Assembly (NCBI GenBank): GCA_965238275.1
Contig: OZ250186.1
Location: 1,216,001 to 1,280,000, forward strand
DNA: 64,000 nt
Direction of reading: 5' to 3'
From: Nitrosopumilus sp.
GTDB lineage: Archaea; Thermoproteota; Nitrososphaeria; Nitrososphaerales; Nitrosopumilaceae
Of the stretch, positions 35,876 to 50,800 are shown piece by piece. The position numbers were made by a program, and so were the translations under genes. The first letter of the stretch is position 1; every line of letters begins with the position of its first letter. The notes beneath the pieces are model-generated. The model saw only the letters and a list, made by a program, of their open reading frames with translations. It was not told where the DNA came from and searched no databases.

Positions 35876-38800
35876 GTGCGCGACATAATGCTGAATCGGC
35901 ATGATCCCGATCCCCGCCCCAGCCCGACCTGGTTTCGCGGCAGGCGCCGGGTTTGGCTGCTTGCAGTGTCCGTGCTGGTAGCAGCAACTGGCGCCGTGAT
36001 CCATGTGCCAGAACACGCCTTTGAGCAGGACGTCTTGGATCCGGGCGCGATGCCGGCGCCGGACGGCGCGGAGCCCGCATGGTACCAGCAACAGCAGCAG
36101 CAGCCCGGCCACGCATTTGCGCAGACGGCCAGCCCGGAAGAGATTGGGGTGCCTGAAAAGTTTGAGGGGCAGTTTTACGAACAGATACTTGCACTCGCAG
36201 GGGCGGGCGCGCAGCAGCAGCGGCCCGGCACCGACGCCGGCACGAAAACGCCCCCGGCGGGAGGCGACGGCGACGCAGGGCGGGATTTTGGCATCCCTCC
36301 GTACAACTTTGACGGCGACGACGTCTTCATCACGCCTGACGACGACGTCTTGTACCATACCGTGGTGATCATAGTGGCAAAGTACGGCCCGGACGGCGCC
36401 GACATATCCGGGCAGCAAAAGGCAGGGGTGGTCGGGGAGCTGGAGCTGGCAGGCGCAAGGGACATATCGGCTGCCCAGACGCTGCCGTTTGTAACGGCAT
36501 CCGTGCCAGTCGACATGATAATCGGCCTTTCGCTGCTCGGGGAGGTACGCCTGATCGGGGACGGCCAGATCCAGATGCATTCGGATGCATCCGATCCGAT
36601 TGCAACCATAAACGCGACTGCCGCGGCGCTTGCCACGGCACGCGGCACCACCGCAAACGGCACGGGCATCACGGTGGCAGTGATTGACTCCGAACTCGTC
36701 AACCATCCGATGGTACGCGACAAGATCACCGGCTACGTGGACTGTACCAGTAGTCCGTGTAGCAACGTGGCTGCCCCGACGGCCCCGACGCACCATTCAG
36801 ACTTGACGCATGGAGGTCTCGTGGCGCATTATATCGGAACCTCCGGCCACTTACTCTACAACGGAATCGCCCCCGGTGCCGAAATAATCAGCATCGCCGC
36901 TGGCTCACACATCGCCGGGACTTACCGCTCCTTTGACTGGGTAGCCACCAACGACGTGGACGTTGTCAACCTGAGCCTTGATAGCGTTAGCCGTTGCAGC
37001 GACTTGCCCGGCCCGTCTGCATACCGCACCATACTTGATGATACCGTCCTGTTAGGGACCGTCGTCTCGATTTCTGCCGGAAACTCCGGTCCCGGGTATG
37101 GAACGCTCGGACTGAGCTGCTCGTACAACACCATTCACGTGGGCGGAATCGATGACCGCGATGCCGCCGCCATTACCATGTATGACTCCTCCAGCAGGGG
37201 GCCGTACGGCAATACTGAAGGCCCCATCAGTACCCACCAATTGCACCCCGTAATGAAGCCAGAGATCGTGGCTCCAGCAGTGCAAGTGCCGATTGCAATC
37301 AACGCCACCACCTACGGGCGTGCCAGCGGAACAAGCTTTTCAGCCCCCCAAGTGTCGGCGGCGGCCGCCGTGCTGATAGGCGAGAACGGCGATCTGGGTC
37401 CCGAGGGGGTGCGCGCGGCCCTCTTTCTCGGGGCAGACTGGCAGGGACCGAACTCGTGCACGTCGGCGCAGTTTGAACAAGACGACCCGGAAGACAACTG
37501 TTCCCACGCGCGCCAGCCGCTCGGCGACGATGCCAAATCCCTTGAAATACTCAACAACGCGGGCTTTGGCATACTCAACGTGGGACGGTCCCTGCATTAC
37601 GCCCTGCAAGGTGACGGGGGGATGGGCCGCCACATCGTCGCAGGCGACCTTTTCGGGGGTGACCAGCTGCAGTACCAATTCGACGTCGCCGCCGCCAACG
37701 CCACAGAACCCGTCAAGGTGATCCTGACCTGGCTGAACAACCCGTATGACGTAATCCACTACGACAGGGACACCGGCGCAGTTGTGGTTGAATATGCCAG
37801 CATCTACAATCTTGACTTCTCGGTGGACTGTCCGGGAATGGACACCGTCCACGCCAACTCCGTCCGCCAGAACAACGAGTTTGCAGTGTTTGTGCCAGTT
37901 CAGGCCGGGACGTGCACCGTTCAGGTGGAGCGCCTTGATGCAGGAAACGACGTAAAGGGGTTCGCGCTTGCAAGCACCGTCCATCTCCACCGATCCCCGT
38001 CGATGAGCATCGTTTCCCATACTCCGACTGCCATAGGAATAAAGGCCGACTTTGGCATGGCGATCAAGCCTGACACGTTTACAGCATCTGACATCGCGGC
38101 CTCTGTGGGGAACGTGTCTGAGCCTGTAACCGGGAACAACCAGACGTTTACGTTTGGCATAGCATACCGGGGAGACAAGGACATTACAGTGTCAATCCCG
38201 GCCGGCGCCGTGGAGTATGCAGACGGACGCGCAAACTTTGAGGCAAGCATCGTTGTGAGGAAATCGTTTACCACCGGATGGACCACTACCTCTGCAAACC
38301 AGACGGTCGGGTTCACGATGCACGTGTCCGGAACCGCCACCATAGACTGGGGCGACGGTTCCCCTGATGCCAGCGTCACAGGCAACGGCTCGCAGACGCA
38401 CACGTATGAAAATGCAGGCAACCATGCCGTCACCATCAGGGGCGACCTGAAAGCCTTTCGCTTTGCCGGCGGTACCGACACCCCCGCGCTCCTCAAGTCA
38501 GTCGACCGGTGGGGGTACGCAGAATGGTCCACCATGAATGACATGTTCCACAGCGCAACCAATGTGGTGCATAAGGCGACTGACGCGCCGAACCTCTCCG
38601 GGGTGAAAAGCATGAGATACATGTTCTACAGAGCCGCCTACTTCGACGGCAACCTCTCCGGCTGGAACACCTCGTCTGTCACCGACATGACCGGCATGTT
38701 CCACGGTGCCACCAGATTTAACGGCGACCTCTCCGGATGGAACACCTCGCAAGTCACCTCCATGCCAAGCATGTTCTACAAAGCCGACAACTTCGACGGC

Positions 38801-41800
38801 AACCTCTCCGGCTGGGACGTCTCCGATGTCAGGGACATGAACAAAATGTTCGCCCAAGCCATAGTCTTCAACGGCGACCTCTCCGGATGGAACACCTCGC
38901 AAGTCACCTACATGTCAAGCATGTTCCAAGCGGCCAAGAGATTTAACGGCGACATCTCCGGCTGGAACACCTCGTCTGTCACCGACATGCACAACATGTT
39001 CGACAGCGCCACCGTATTTAACGGCGACATCTCCGGCTGGGACGTCTCGTCTGTCACCAACATGGCCCAAATGTTCTTCCTAGACGACGACTTCAACGGC
39101 GACATCTCCGGCTGGGACACCTCGTCTGTCGGAGTCATGAGTGGGATGTTCGCCGGCGCCACCAACTTCAACCGAGACATCTCCGGCTGGGACGTCTCGA
39201 AGGTATTCGTCATGAAGGACATGTTCAAAGCCGCCACCTCATTTGATCAGAACCTGGGGCCCTGGTATGTCGTGGCCGGTGGCACCACCGTAGTCCTATG
39301 GCCGGACGTGCCGCTCGGCCCCCGCGACATAGGCAGGATCACCCTGACCAGCTCGGCTCCCGGGACCATCCACGCTTCCTGGGCGGCGCCTGCCGAGAAC
39401 CCCGCCAACTACAGGATATCCTGGGCCAAGGTGGGTGATGACTTCCTGACCTATATCGACCATACCGGCAACGCCTTCCCGACAGAACCACGTCATACCA
39501 TTACGGGCCTGGAGGGTGGCGAGGAGTACAAGGTGATGGTGCGCGCCTCCAACGGCGACTGGAGCGGCGAGGTAACCATCACCGTTGCGGAGCCGCCTGA
39601 CAGCAGCCAGTCCGTCGAGGATCCGCCGCCGTCCATCACCGTAGACCGCGCCGCCCTCCCCGGGAAAGTCGCCACCCTGTACGCCCAGAACGACGTCCTG
39701 ACCAGACACAACCCGTACTACGCGATAGAGACCGGCCACGACTCGGCCCACTTTAGGATCATCGACGGCAACGTCCTGGACATGACCACGCCCAATCCCG
39801 CCTGCACCGTCTGCGCCGTCAACGTGACTGCGTCAGGCGACGCGGTGTTTGAGGACGGCAACAACTGGAGGATCATCCGGGTGATGCTGGTCGGCGAAGC
39901 CCCCGCCTTTGTCACCACCTGGCAGGCCACCGATACCGACAGAACCATAACCATCCCCGTCGGCGACTCTGTAGCCTCCTACGACATCGACTGGGGCGAC
40001 GGAAATACCGGGGATGGCCTCACCGGCAGCCAGACCCACAATTACACCGACACCGGCAACTACACAGTCACCATTACAGGCGGCTTTGAGAGGATCCGCC
40101 TGAACGGCGGCTCGTCAGGCACCACAGCAGAGCAAGGCAACGCCCGGCAGCTCCTGTCCATAGACCGGTGGGGGACGATCTCCTGGACCGACATGGCAGA
40201 CGCGTTTGCGGGAGCCTCCAACATGGAATACCGCGCGGTAGACGCCCCCGTCCTGTCCAGAGTCACCGACATGTCCCACATGTTCGAAGGCGCCGCCTCC
40301 TTTGACGGCGACATCTCCGGATGGGACACCTCGCGCGTCACCACCATGTCAAGAATGTTCGAAGGCGCCAGAGACTTCAACGGTAACATCTCCGGCTGGA
40401 ACGTCTCGAAGGCGACTGGCATGACTGACATGTTCTCCGGCGCCACCAACTTTGATCAGAACCTGGGGCTCTGGTATGTCGTTCCCGACGGCGCCACCGT
40501 CATAGACCGCGTCGGCCTCCCCGGGAACGTCGCCACCCTGTCCGCCCAGAACGGGTTCCTTGACGGACACGACCCGTACTACGCGATAGGGACCGGCTAC
40601 GACTCGGCCCACTTTAGGATCATCGACGGCAACGTCCTGGACATGGCCGAGGCCAATCCCGCCTGCACCACCTGCACCGTCAACGTGACTGCCACGGGAC
40701 CGTACGTCTTTGAAGACGGCAACAACTGGAGGATCATCCAGGTGAATGTGGTCAGCGGAACAGACTTTGTCACCACCTGGCAGGCCACCGATACCGACAG
40801 AACCATAACCATCCCCGTCGGCGGCTCCAAGGCCTCCTACGACATCGACTGGGGCGACGGAAATACCGGGACGGGCCTCACCGGCAACCAAAACCACACG
40901 TACACTGACGCCGGCAGCTACAATGTCGCCATCTCAGGCGACTTTGAGAGGATCCGCCTGAACGGCGGCTCGTCAGGCACCACAGCAGAGCAAGACAACG
41001 CGCGACAGCTCCTGTCCATAGACCAGTGGGGGACGATTTCTTGGACCAGCATGAGCGGCGCGTTTGCGGGAGCCTCCAAAATGGAATACCGCGCGGTAGA
41101 CGCCCCCGTCCTGTCCAGAGTCACCGACATGTTCCACATGTTCGAAGGCGCCGCCTCCTTTGACGGCGACATCTCCGGATGGGACACCTCGTCTGTCACC
41201 ACCATGTACCGCATGTTCGAAGGCGCCGCTTCCTTTGACGGCGACATCTCCGGATGGGACACCTCGCGCGTCACCGACATGCGCAGCATGTTTGAAAACG
41301 CCGCCTCCTTTGACGGCTACATCTCCGGATGGAACGTCTCGAAGGCGACTAACATGACTGACATGTTCTCCGGCGCCACCAACTTTGATCAGAACCTGGG
41401 GCCCTGGTATGTCGTTCCCGACGGCGCCACCGTCATAGACCGCGTCGGCCTCCCCGGGAACGTCGCCACCCTGTCCGCCCAGAACGGGTTCCTTGACGGA
41501 CACAGCCCGACCTACGCGATAGGGACCGGCTACGACTCGGCCCACTTTAGGATCATCGACGGCAACGTCCTGGACATGGCCGAGGCCAATCCCGCCTGCA
41601 CCACCTGCACCGTCAACGTGACTGCCACGGGACCGTACGTCTTTGAAGACGGCAACAACTGGAGGATCATCCAGGTGAGGCTGGTAGGCGACTTTGTCAC
41701 CACCTGGCAGGCCACCGATACCGACAGAACCATAACCATCCCCGTCGGCGACTCTGTAGCCTCCTACGACATCGACTGGGGCGACGGAAAGAACCAGACG

Positions 41801-44800
41801 GGCGTCACCGGCAACCAAAACCACACGTACGCTAACGCCGGTGACTACACAGTCACCATCTCAGGCGACTTTGAGAGGATCCGCCTGAACGGCGCCGCCG
41901 GGTCAGGAGGCACCACAGCAGAGCAAGACAACGCGCGACAGCTCCTGTCCATAGACCAGTGGGGGACGATTTCTTGGACCAGCATGAGAGGCGCGTTTGC
42001 GGGAGCCTCCAACATGGAATACCGCGCAGTCGACGCCCCCGACCTGTCCAGAGTCCTCAGCATGTCAAGCATGTTTGTCGGCGCCGCCTCCTTTGACGGC
42101 GACCTCTCCGGCTGGAACCCCTCGTCTGTCACCACCATGACAAACATGTTCAAAAATGCCACCAACTTTGACGGCGACATCTCCGGCTGGAACCCCTCTA
42201 GCGTCACCTCCATGTCCCACATGTTCTACGGCGCCGACTCGTTCAACCGCAACCTCTCCGGCTGGGACGTCTCGTCTGTCACCTCCATGTCCCACATGTT
42301 CGAAGGCGCCACCAACTTTGACGGCGACATCTCCGGCTGGAACCCCTCGTCGGTCACCTACATGAACAACATGTTCGACGGCGCCGCCTCGTTCAACGGC
42401 AACCTCTCCGGCTGGGACGTCTCGTCGGTCCACCTCATGTTCCGCATGTTCGAAGGCGCCGCCTCCTTTGACGGCGACATCTCCGGCTGGAACCCCTCTA
42501 GAGTCACCTCCATGTCCCACATGTTCTACGGCGCCGACTCGTTCAACCGCAACCTCTCCGGCTGGGACGTCTCGTCTGTCACCGACATGCGCCACATGTT
42601 CGAAGGCGCCGCCTCCTTTGACGGCGACATCTCCGGCTGGAACCCCTCTAGAGTCACCTCCATGTCCCACATGTTCTACGGCGCCGACTCGTTCAACCGC
42701 AACCTCTCCGGCTGGGACGTCTCGTCTGTCACCAACATGACAAACATGTTCAAAAATGCCACCAACTTTGACGGCGACCTCTCAGGATGGAACCCCTCTA
42801 GCGTCACCACCATGGAAAGCATGTTCGAACAAGCCATCTCATTCAACCGCAACCTCTCCGGCTGGAACGTCTCGTCTGTCACCGACATGCACAGCATGTT
42901 CAGAGGTGCCACCTCATTCAACGGCGACCTCTCCGGATGGAACCCCTCTAGCGTCACCACCATGGAAAACATGTTCGAACAAGCCATCTCATTCAACCGC
43001 AACCTCTCCGGCTGGAACCCCTCTAGCGTCACCACCATGCTTCGCATGTTCTACGGCGCCGCCTCGTTCAACGGCACCCTCTCCGGCTGGGACGTCTCGT
43101 CTGTCACCGACATGCGCCACATGTTCGAAGGCGCCGACTCGTTCAACGGCGACATCTCCGGCTGGAACGTCTCCGGCGTCAGGGAGATGAATGACATGTT
43201 CAAAGGCGCCACCAACTTTGATCAGAACCTGGGGCTCTGGTATGTCGTGCCTGATGATGCCACCCCCACCGTAGACCGCGCCGACCTCCCAGGAAACGTC
43301 GCCACCCTGTCCGCCCAGAACGGGTTCCTTGACAGACACAACCCGCACTACGCGATAGGGACCGGCCACGACTCGGCCCACTTTGGGATCATCGACGGCA
43401 ACGTCCTGAACATGACCACGGCCAATCCCGCCTGCACCACCTGCGCCGTCAACGTGACTGCGTCAGGCGACGCGGTATTTGAGGACGGCAACAACTGGAG
43501 GATCATCCGGGTGATGCTGATCGGCGAAGCCCTCGCCTTTGTCACCACCTGGCAGGCCACCGACGCCGACAGGACCATAACCATCCCCGTCGGCGACTCT
43601 GTAGCCCCCTACGACGTCCACTGGGGCGACGGAACGACCGGGGATGGCCTCACCGGCAACCAAAACCACACGTACGCTGACGCCGGCAACTACACAGTCA
43701 CCATTACAGGCGGCTTTGAGAGGATCCGCCTGAACGGCGCCAACGGGTCAGGAGGCACCACAGCAGAGCAAGACAACGCGCAACAGCTCCTGTCCATAAA
43801 CCAGTGGGGGGGCGTCTACTGGGCAGACATGGCAGACGCGTTTGCCGGAGCCTCCAACATGCAATACCTCGCCACTGACGCCCCCGACCTGTCCAGAGTC
43901 ACCCACATGAACAACATGTTCAGAGGTGCCTCCTCATTCAACGGCGACCTCTCCGGCTGGGACGTCTCGTCTGTCACCCACATGAACAACATGTTTACAC
44001 TCGCCAAAGCCTTCAACGGCGACATCTCCGACTGGAACCCCTCTAACGTCACCGACATGTACGGCATGTTTTCAAGCGCCAGAGACTTCAACGGCGACAT
44101 CTCCGGCTGGAACACCTCGTCTGTCACCACCATGTACGGCATGTTCGATAAAGCCTCCTCATTCAACGGCAACCTCTCCGGCTGGAACGTCTCGTCGGTT
44201 ACCTCCATGCACAGCATGTTCAGAGACGCCGACTCATTCAACGGCGACCTCTCCGGATGGAACCCCTCTAGCGTCACCACCATGACAAACATGTTCGAAC
44301 AAGCCATCAAATTTGACGGCAACCTCTCCGGCTGGAACGTCTCGTCGGTCACCACCATGACAAACATGTTCAAAAAAGCCACCAACTTTGACGGCGACCT
44401 CTCCGGCTGGAACCCCTCTAGCGTCACCACCATGACAAGCATGTTCGAACAAGCCACCAACTTTGACGGCGACATCTCCGGCTGGAACTCCTCCAGCGTC
44501 ACCCACATGAACAGCATGTTCGAAGACGCCAGAGACTTTGACGGCGACATCTCCGGCTGGGACACCTCGCGCGTCACCCACATGTCAAGCATGTTTGCCG
44601 GCGCCACCAACTTCAACGGCGACATCTCCGGATGGGACACCTCGTCGGTCACCACCATGACAGGCATGTTCGCCGGCGCCACCAACTTCAACGGCGACAT
44701 CTCCGGCTGGAACCCCTTGAGCGTCACCAGCATGCGCAGCATGTTCGAAAGCGCCTCCAAATTCAACCAGGACCTCTCCGGCTGGAACGTCTCGTCTGTC

Positions 44801-47800
44801 ACCGACATGCGCAGCATGTTCAAATTCGCCTCCTCCTTTGACGGCGACCTCTCCGGCTGGAACCCCTCGAGCGTCACCAGCATGCGCAGCATGTTCGAAG
44901 GCACCACCCAATTCAACGGCAACCTCTCCGGCTGGGACACCTCAAAAGTCACCGACATGGACTTTATGTTTGACCGCGCCACCGACTTCAACGGCAACCT
45001 CTCCAGCTGGGACACCTCAAAAGTCACCAACATGAGGGGCATGTTTGACCGCGCCACCGACTTCGACGGCAACCTCTCCGGATGGGACACCTCGTCTGTC
45101 ACCAAGATTCAACGCATGTTCGAAGGTGCCACTTCCTTCAACGGCAACATCTCCGGGTGGGACACCTCGTCTGCCCGCGACATGCACAAAATGTTCTCCG
45201 GCGCCGCCGCCTTCAACCAGGACATCTCCGGCTGGAACGTCTCGTCTGCAACCGCCATGACAGACATGTTCAACGGCGCCGCCTTGTTTGATCAGAACCT
45301 GGGAAACTGGTATGTCGTGCTGGATGACGCGCAGATCGCCAGAACCGACGTCCCCGTCCCTATCGGTGACATAACCGCCCAGAACGGGTTCCTTGACGAA
45401 CACCGCCCCACGTATGCAATAGGCCAAGGTGGCGACCCGAACTTTGAGATAAGCGGCACCGAACTCCGCATGAAAAACGCGACTGCCGGTAAATACTCGT
45501 ATGTAGTCAACGTGACTGCCTCAGGCAACAGGGTATTTGAAGACGGCAACAACTGGAAGGTGGTTCGGGTGACTGTGACAGGCAACACCGCCCCGGAGGT
45601 GGAGGCCGGCCCAGACCGGAGCGTAGCCGAGAGATCGACTGTCTACCTTGACGGGACAGTCACGGAGCATGATCTCGCAGACGCCCTGACCTACAAGTGG
45701 ACGCACGCCCCGGACCTCGGCATCACGCTTGCAAACAGCACGGCCGTCTACACCACGTTTACGGCGCCCAACGTGGCCGCAAACACGACAGTCACCTTCA
45801 CCCTGACGGTAAACGACGGCACCGCGTCAGTCTCTGACTCCATGATACTCACCATCACCGACAGCGAAAATACCCCCCCGACGGGCGTGGACGCCGGGGA
45901 TCCCCAGACCGCGCCGGAGGGCTCGCCTGTCACGCTCGCGGGGACTGCCATGGATAAGGACCCCGAGGACGTCCCCAACCTGGCGTACTCTTGGTCGCAC
46001 AACTTCACCGGCACCACCATAACGCTCACTAACGGGGATACCCTGGCGCCGTCGTTTGAGGCACCCGACGTCGCATCAAACACGACAGTCCAGTTCACCC
46101 TGACGGTAAACGACGGCACCGCGTCAGTCTCTGACTCCATGATACTCACCATCACGGACAGCGAAAACAGTCCGCCGGTAGTGAATGCAGGCGACGACCA
46201 GAGGGCAGCCGAGGGCTCGACTGTCACACTCGCGGGGACGGCCACGGATGATGACCCCGAGGACGTCCCCAACCTGGCGTACTCTTGGTCGCACAACTTC
46301 ACCGGCACCACCATAACGCTCACTAACGGGGATACCCTGGCGCCGTCGTTTGAGGCACCCGACGTCGCATCAAACACGACAGTCCAGTTCACCCTGACGG
46401 TAAACGACGGCACCGCGTCAGTCTCTGACTCCATGATACTCACCATCACGGACAGCGAAAACAGTCCGCCGGTAGTGAATGCAGGCGACGACCAGAGGGC
46501 AGCCGAGGGCTCGACTGTCACACTCGCGGGGACGGCCACGGATGATGACCCCGAGGACGTCCCCAACCTGGCGTACTCTTGGTCGCACAACTTCACCGGC
46601 ACCACCATAACGCTCACTAACGGGGATACCCTGGCGCCGTCGTTTGAGGCACCCGACGTCGCATCAAACACGACGGTAAGGTTCACCCTGACCGTCTCTG
46701 ACGACACGGAGGAAGTGTCAGACGCCGTCGATGTCACCATCACCGACGTGCCGCCCCCGCCTGACGCATTCGTCACCACCTGGACCACCGACGTCCCCAA
46801 CCAGACCGTGACCATCCCGGCTTCTGGCACCTACGACATCGACTGGGGTGACGGCATGACAAATGCCAGCGCCACCAACAGCAGCGCCCACACGTACGCC
46901 GTGGAAGGCAACCACACGGTCGCCATCACCGGCGGCCTTGAGGGGATCCGCCTTACCCCTCCCCCTCTCGAATACGACGATCAGAAAGCAGGCAACGCGA
47001 TGCGGCTGGCCTCCATAGACCAGTGGGGAAACGCCACCTGGACCACCATGGAGCGCGCGTTTGCCGGAGCCACCAACATGGAATACCGCGCCACAGACGC
47101 CCCCGACCTGTCCGGGGTGGGCAGCATGTCTGACATGTTCATGAGTGCCCGGCAGTTTGACGGCAACCTCTCCGGGTGGAACGTCTCGTCTGTCACCGAC
47201 ATGGGCAACGCGTTCAACGGCGCCGCCTCATTCAACGGCGACCTCTCCGGGTGGAACGTCTCGTCTGTCACCGACATGGGCAACATGTTCAACGGCGCCG
47301 CCGCCTTCAGCCAGGATCTTGACGGTTGGAACACCTCGTCAGTCACCGACATGCGCAGCATGTTAAGCTACGCCACCGTCTTCAACGGCAACCTCTCCGG
47401 TTGGAACGTCTCGTCTGTCGAGAATATGGGCGGCATGTTCTACCACGCCGCCGCCTTTGATGGCAACCTCTCCGGATGGGACACCTCGTCAGTCACCGCC
47501 ATGTCCAGCATGTTCAACGGCGCCACCGTCTTCAACGGGAATCTCTCCGGGTGGAACACCTCGAACGTCGCCGACATGAGATTCATGTTCCTCAACGCCG
47601 CCGCCTTCAACCAGGACCTCTCCGGGTGGGACGTCTCAAGCGTGACTCGCATGATGCAAATGTTCTCCAATGCTGACGCCTTTGTTCAGAACTTGGGAAA
47701 CTGGTACGTGGTGCTTGATGACGCGAGCATCAACAGGGCCTCCGTCCCAGGGATCGTCGGCGACATATCGGCGCAGAACGACTTCCTTGGGAACCACAAC

Positions 47801-50800
47801 GCCACGTATGCAATAGGCCAAGGCGGCGACCCGAACTTTGAGGTAAGCGGCACCGGACTCCGCATGGAAAACGTGACTGCCGGCAAATACTCGTATGAAG
47901 TCAACGTGACTGCCTCAGGCGGCGCGGTGTTTGAGGACGGCAACAACTGGAAGGTGGTTCGGGTGGATGCGGCAGGCAACACCGCTCCGACGGTAAGCGC
48001 TGGGGACGACCAGAAAATAGCCGAGGGCTTGACTGTCTACCTTGACGGCACTGCAACCGATTTGGAACCCGAGTATCCACTGATGTATGACTGGATGCAC
48101 AACTCGACTTTGGCGATCCAGTTGGGGAACAGATCCGCAGTCGACACCTCGTTTACGGCCCCCAACGTGGCCGCAAACACGACGATAAAGTTCACGCTGA
48201 CAGTAGACGACGGCACCGCGCCAGTCTCTGACACCGTCGATGTCACCATCACGGACAGCGCAAACACCGTCCCTGAGGTGGACGCAGGCGACGACCAGAC
48301 CGCAGTCGAGGGCTCGACTGTCAACCTGAACGGCACCGCAACCGATTTGGATCCCGAGGACGTCCCCCTCCTGACGTACGAATGGTCGCACAACTCCACG
48401 CTGGTCATATCCCTTGACGACAACGCGATACTCGACCCCGAGTTCACCGCCCCCAACGTCGCCGAGGACACAGTGGTAAAGTTCACACTGACTGCAACTG
48501 ACGGCATGACGCCAGTTGCCGCCTCGATGCTGCTGATCATCACCGACAGCGCAAACACCGCCCCGGTAGTGGACGCAGGCGAAGACCAGAGCGTCCCAGA
48601 GGGCTCGACTGTCAACCTGGACGGGACGGCCACGGATCCTGACACCGAGGACACCCTGGAATACACTTGGTCGCACGACTCGACGCTGGCGATCCAGTTG
48701 GGGAACAGCTCCGCCGTCGACACCTCGTTTGATGCACCCAACGTGGCTGCAAACACGACAGTCACCTTCACCCTGACAGTGTATGACGGCATGGCCACGG
48801 TGCAAGACACGATGCTGCTCCACATCGCCGACAGCGCAAACACCGTCCCTGAGGTGGACGCAGGCGACGACCAGACCGCAGTCGAGGGCTCGACTGTCAA
48901 CCTGAACGGCACCGCAACCGATTTGGATCCCGAGGACGTCCCCCTCCTGACGTACGAATGGTCGCACAACTCCACGCTGGTCATATCCCTTGACGACAAC
49001 GCGATACTCGACCCCGAGTTCACCGCCCCCAACGTCGCCGAGGACACAGTGGTAAAGTTCACACTGACTGCAACTGACGGCATGACGCCAGTTGCCGCCT
49101 CGATGCTGCTGATCATCACCGACAGCGCAAACACCGCCCCGGTAGTGGACGCAGGCGAAGACCAGAGCGTCCCAGAGGGCTCGACTGTCAACCTGGACGG
49201 GACGGCCACGGATCCTGACACCGAGGACACCCTGGAATACACTTGGTCGCACGACTCGACGCTGGCGATCCAGTTGGGGAACAGCTCCGCCGTCGACACC
49301 TCGTTTGATGCACCCAACGTGGCTGCAAACACGACAGTCACCTTCACCCTGACAGTGTATGACGGCATGGCCACGGTGCAAGACACGATGCTGCTCCACA
49401 TCGCCGACAGCGCAAACACCGCCCCGGTAGTGGACGCAGGCGAAGACCAGAGCGTCCCAGAGGGCTCGACTGTCAACCTGGACGGGACGGCCACGGATCC
49501 TGACACCGAGGACACCCTGGAATACACTTGGTCGCACGACTCGACGCTGGCGATCCAGTTGGGGAACAGCTCCGCCGTCGACACCTCGTTTGATGCACCC
49601 AACGTGGCTGCAAACACGACAGTCACCTTCACCCTGACAGTGTATGACGGCATGGCCACGGTGCAAGACACGATGCTGCTCCACATCGCCGACAGCGCAA
49701 ACACCGCCCCGGTAGTGGACGCAGGCGAAGACCAGAGCGTCCCAGAGGGCTCGACTGTCAACCTGGACGGGACGGCCACGGATCCTGACACCGAGGACAC
49801 CCTGGAATACACTTGGTCGCACGACTCGACGCTGGCGATCCAGTTGGGGAACAGCTCCGCCGTCGACACCTCGTTTGATGCACCCAACGTGGCTGCAAAC
49901 ACGACAGTCACCTTCACCCTGACAGTGTATGACGGCATGGCCACGGTGCAAGACACGATGCTGCTCCACATCGCCGACAGCGCAAACACCGCCCCGGTAG
50001 TGGACGCAGGCGAAGACCAGAGCGTCCCAGAGGGCTCGACTGTCAACCTGGACGGGACGGCCACGGATCCTGACACCGAGGACACCCTGGAATACACTTG
50101 GTCGCACGACTCGACGCTGGCGATCCAGTTGGGGAACAGCTCCGCCGTCGACACCTCGTTTGATGCACCCAACGTGGCTGCAAACACGACAGTCACCTTC
50201 ACCCTGACAGTGTATGACGGCATGGCCACGGTGCAAGACACGATGCTGCTCCACATCGCCGACAGCGCAAACACCGCCCCGGTAGTGGACGCAGGCGAAG
50301 ACCAGAGCGTCCCAGAGGGCTCGACTGTCAACCTGGACGGGACGGCCACGGATCCTGACACCGAGGACACCCTGGAATACACTTGGTCGCACGACTCGAC
50401 GCTGGCGATCCAGTTGGGGAACAGCTCCGCCGTCGACACCTCGTTTGATGCACCCAACGTGGCTGCAAACACGACAGTCACCTTCACCCTGACAGTGTAT
50501 GACGGCATGGCCACGGTGCAAGACACGATGCTGCTCCACATCGCCGACAGCGCAAACACCGCCCCGGTAGTGGACGCAGGCGAAGACCAGAGCGTCCCAG
50601 AGGGCTCGACTGTCAACCTGGACGGGACGGCCACGGATCCTGACACCGAGGACACCCTGGAATACACTTGGTCGCACGACTCGACGCTGGCGATCCAGTT
50701 GGGGAACAGCTCCGCCGTCGACACCTCGTTTGATGCACCCAACGTGGCTGCAAACACGACAGTCACCTTCACCCTGACAGTGTATGACGGCATGGCCACG

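Noticed and set aside
26780-47700. 75-bp repeats with variable segments as a CRISPR array or DGR target
   Set aside because: In-frame coding repeats without unique spacers; no cas or reverse transcriptase in the window; variation is not obviously adenine-restricted
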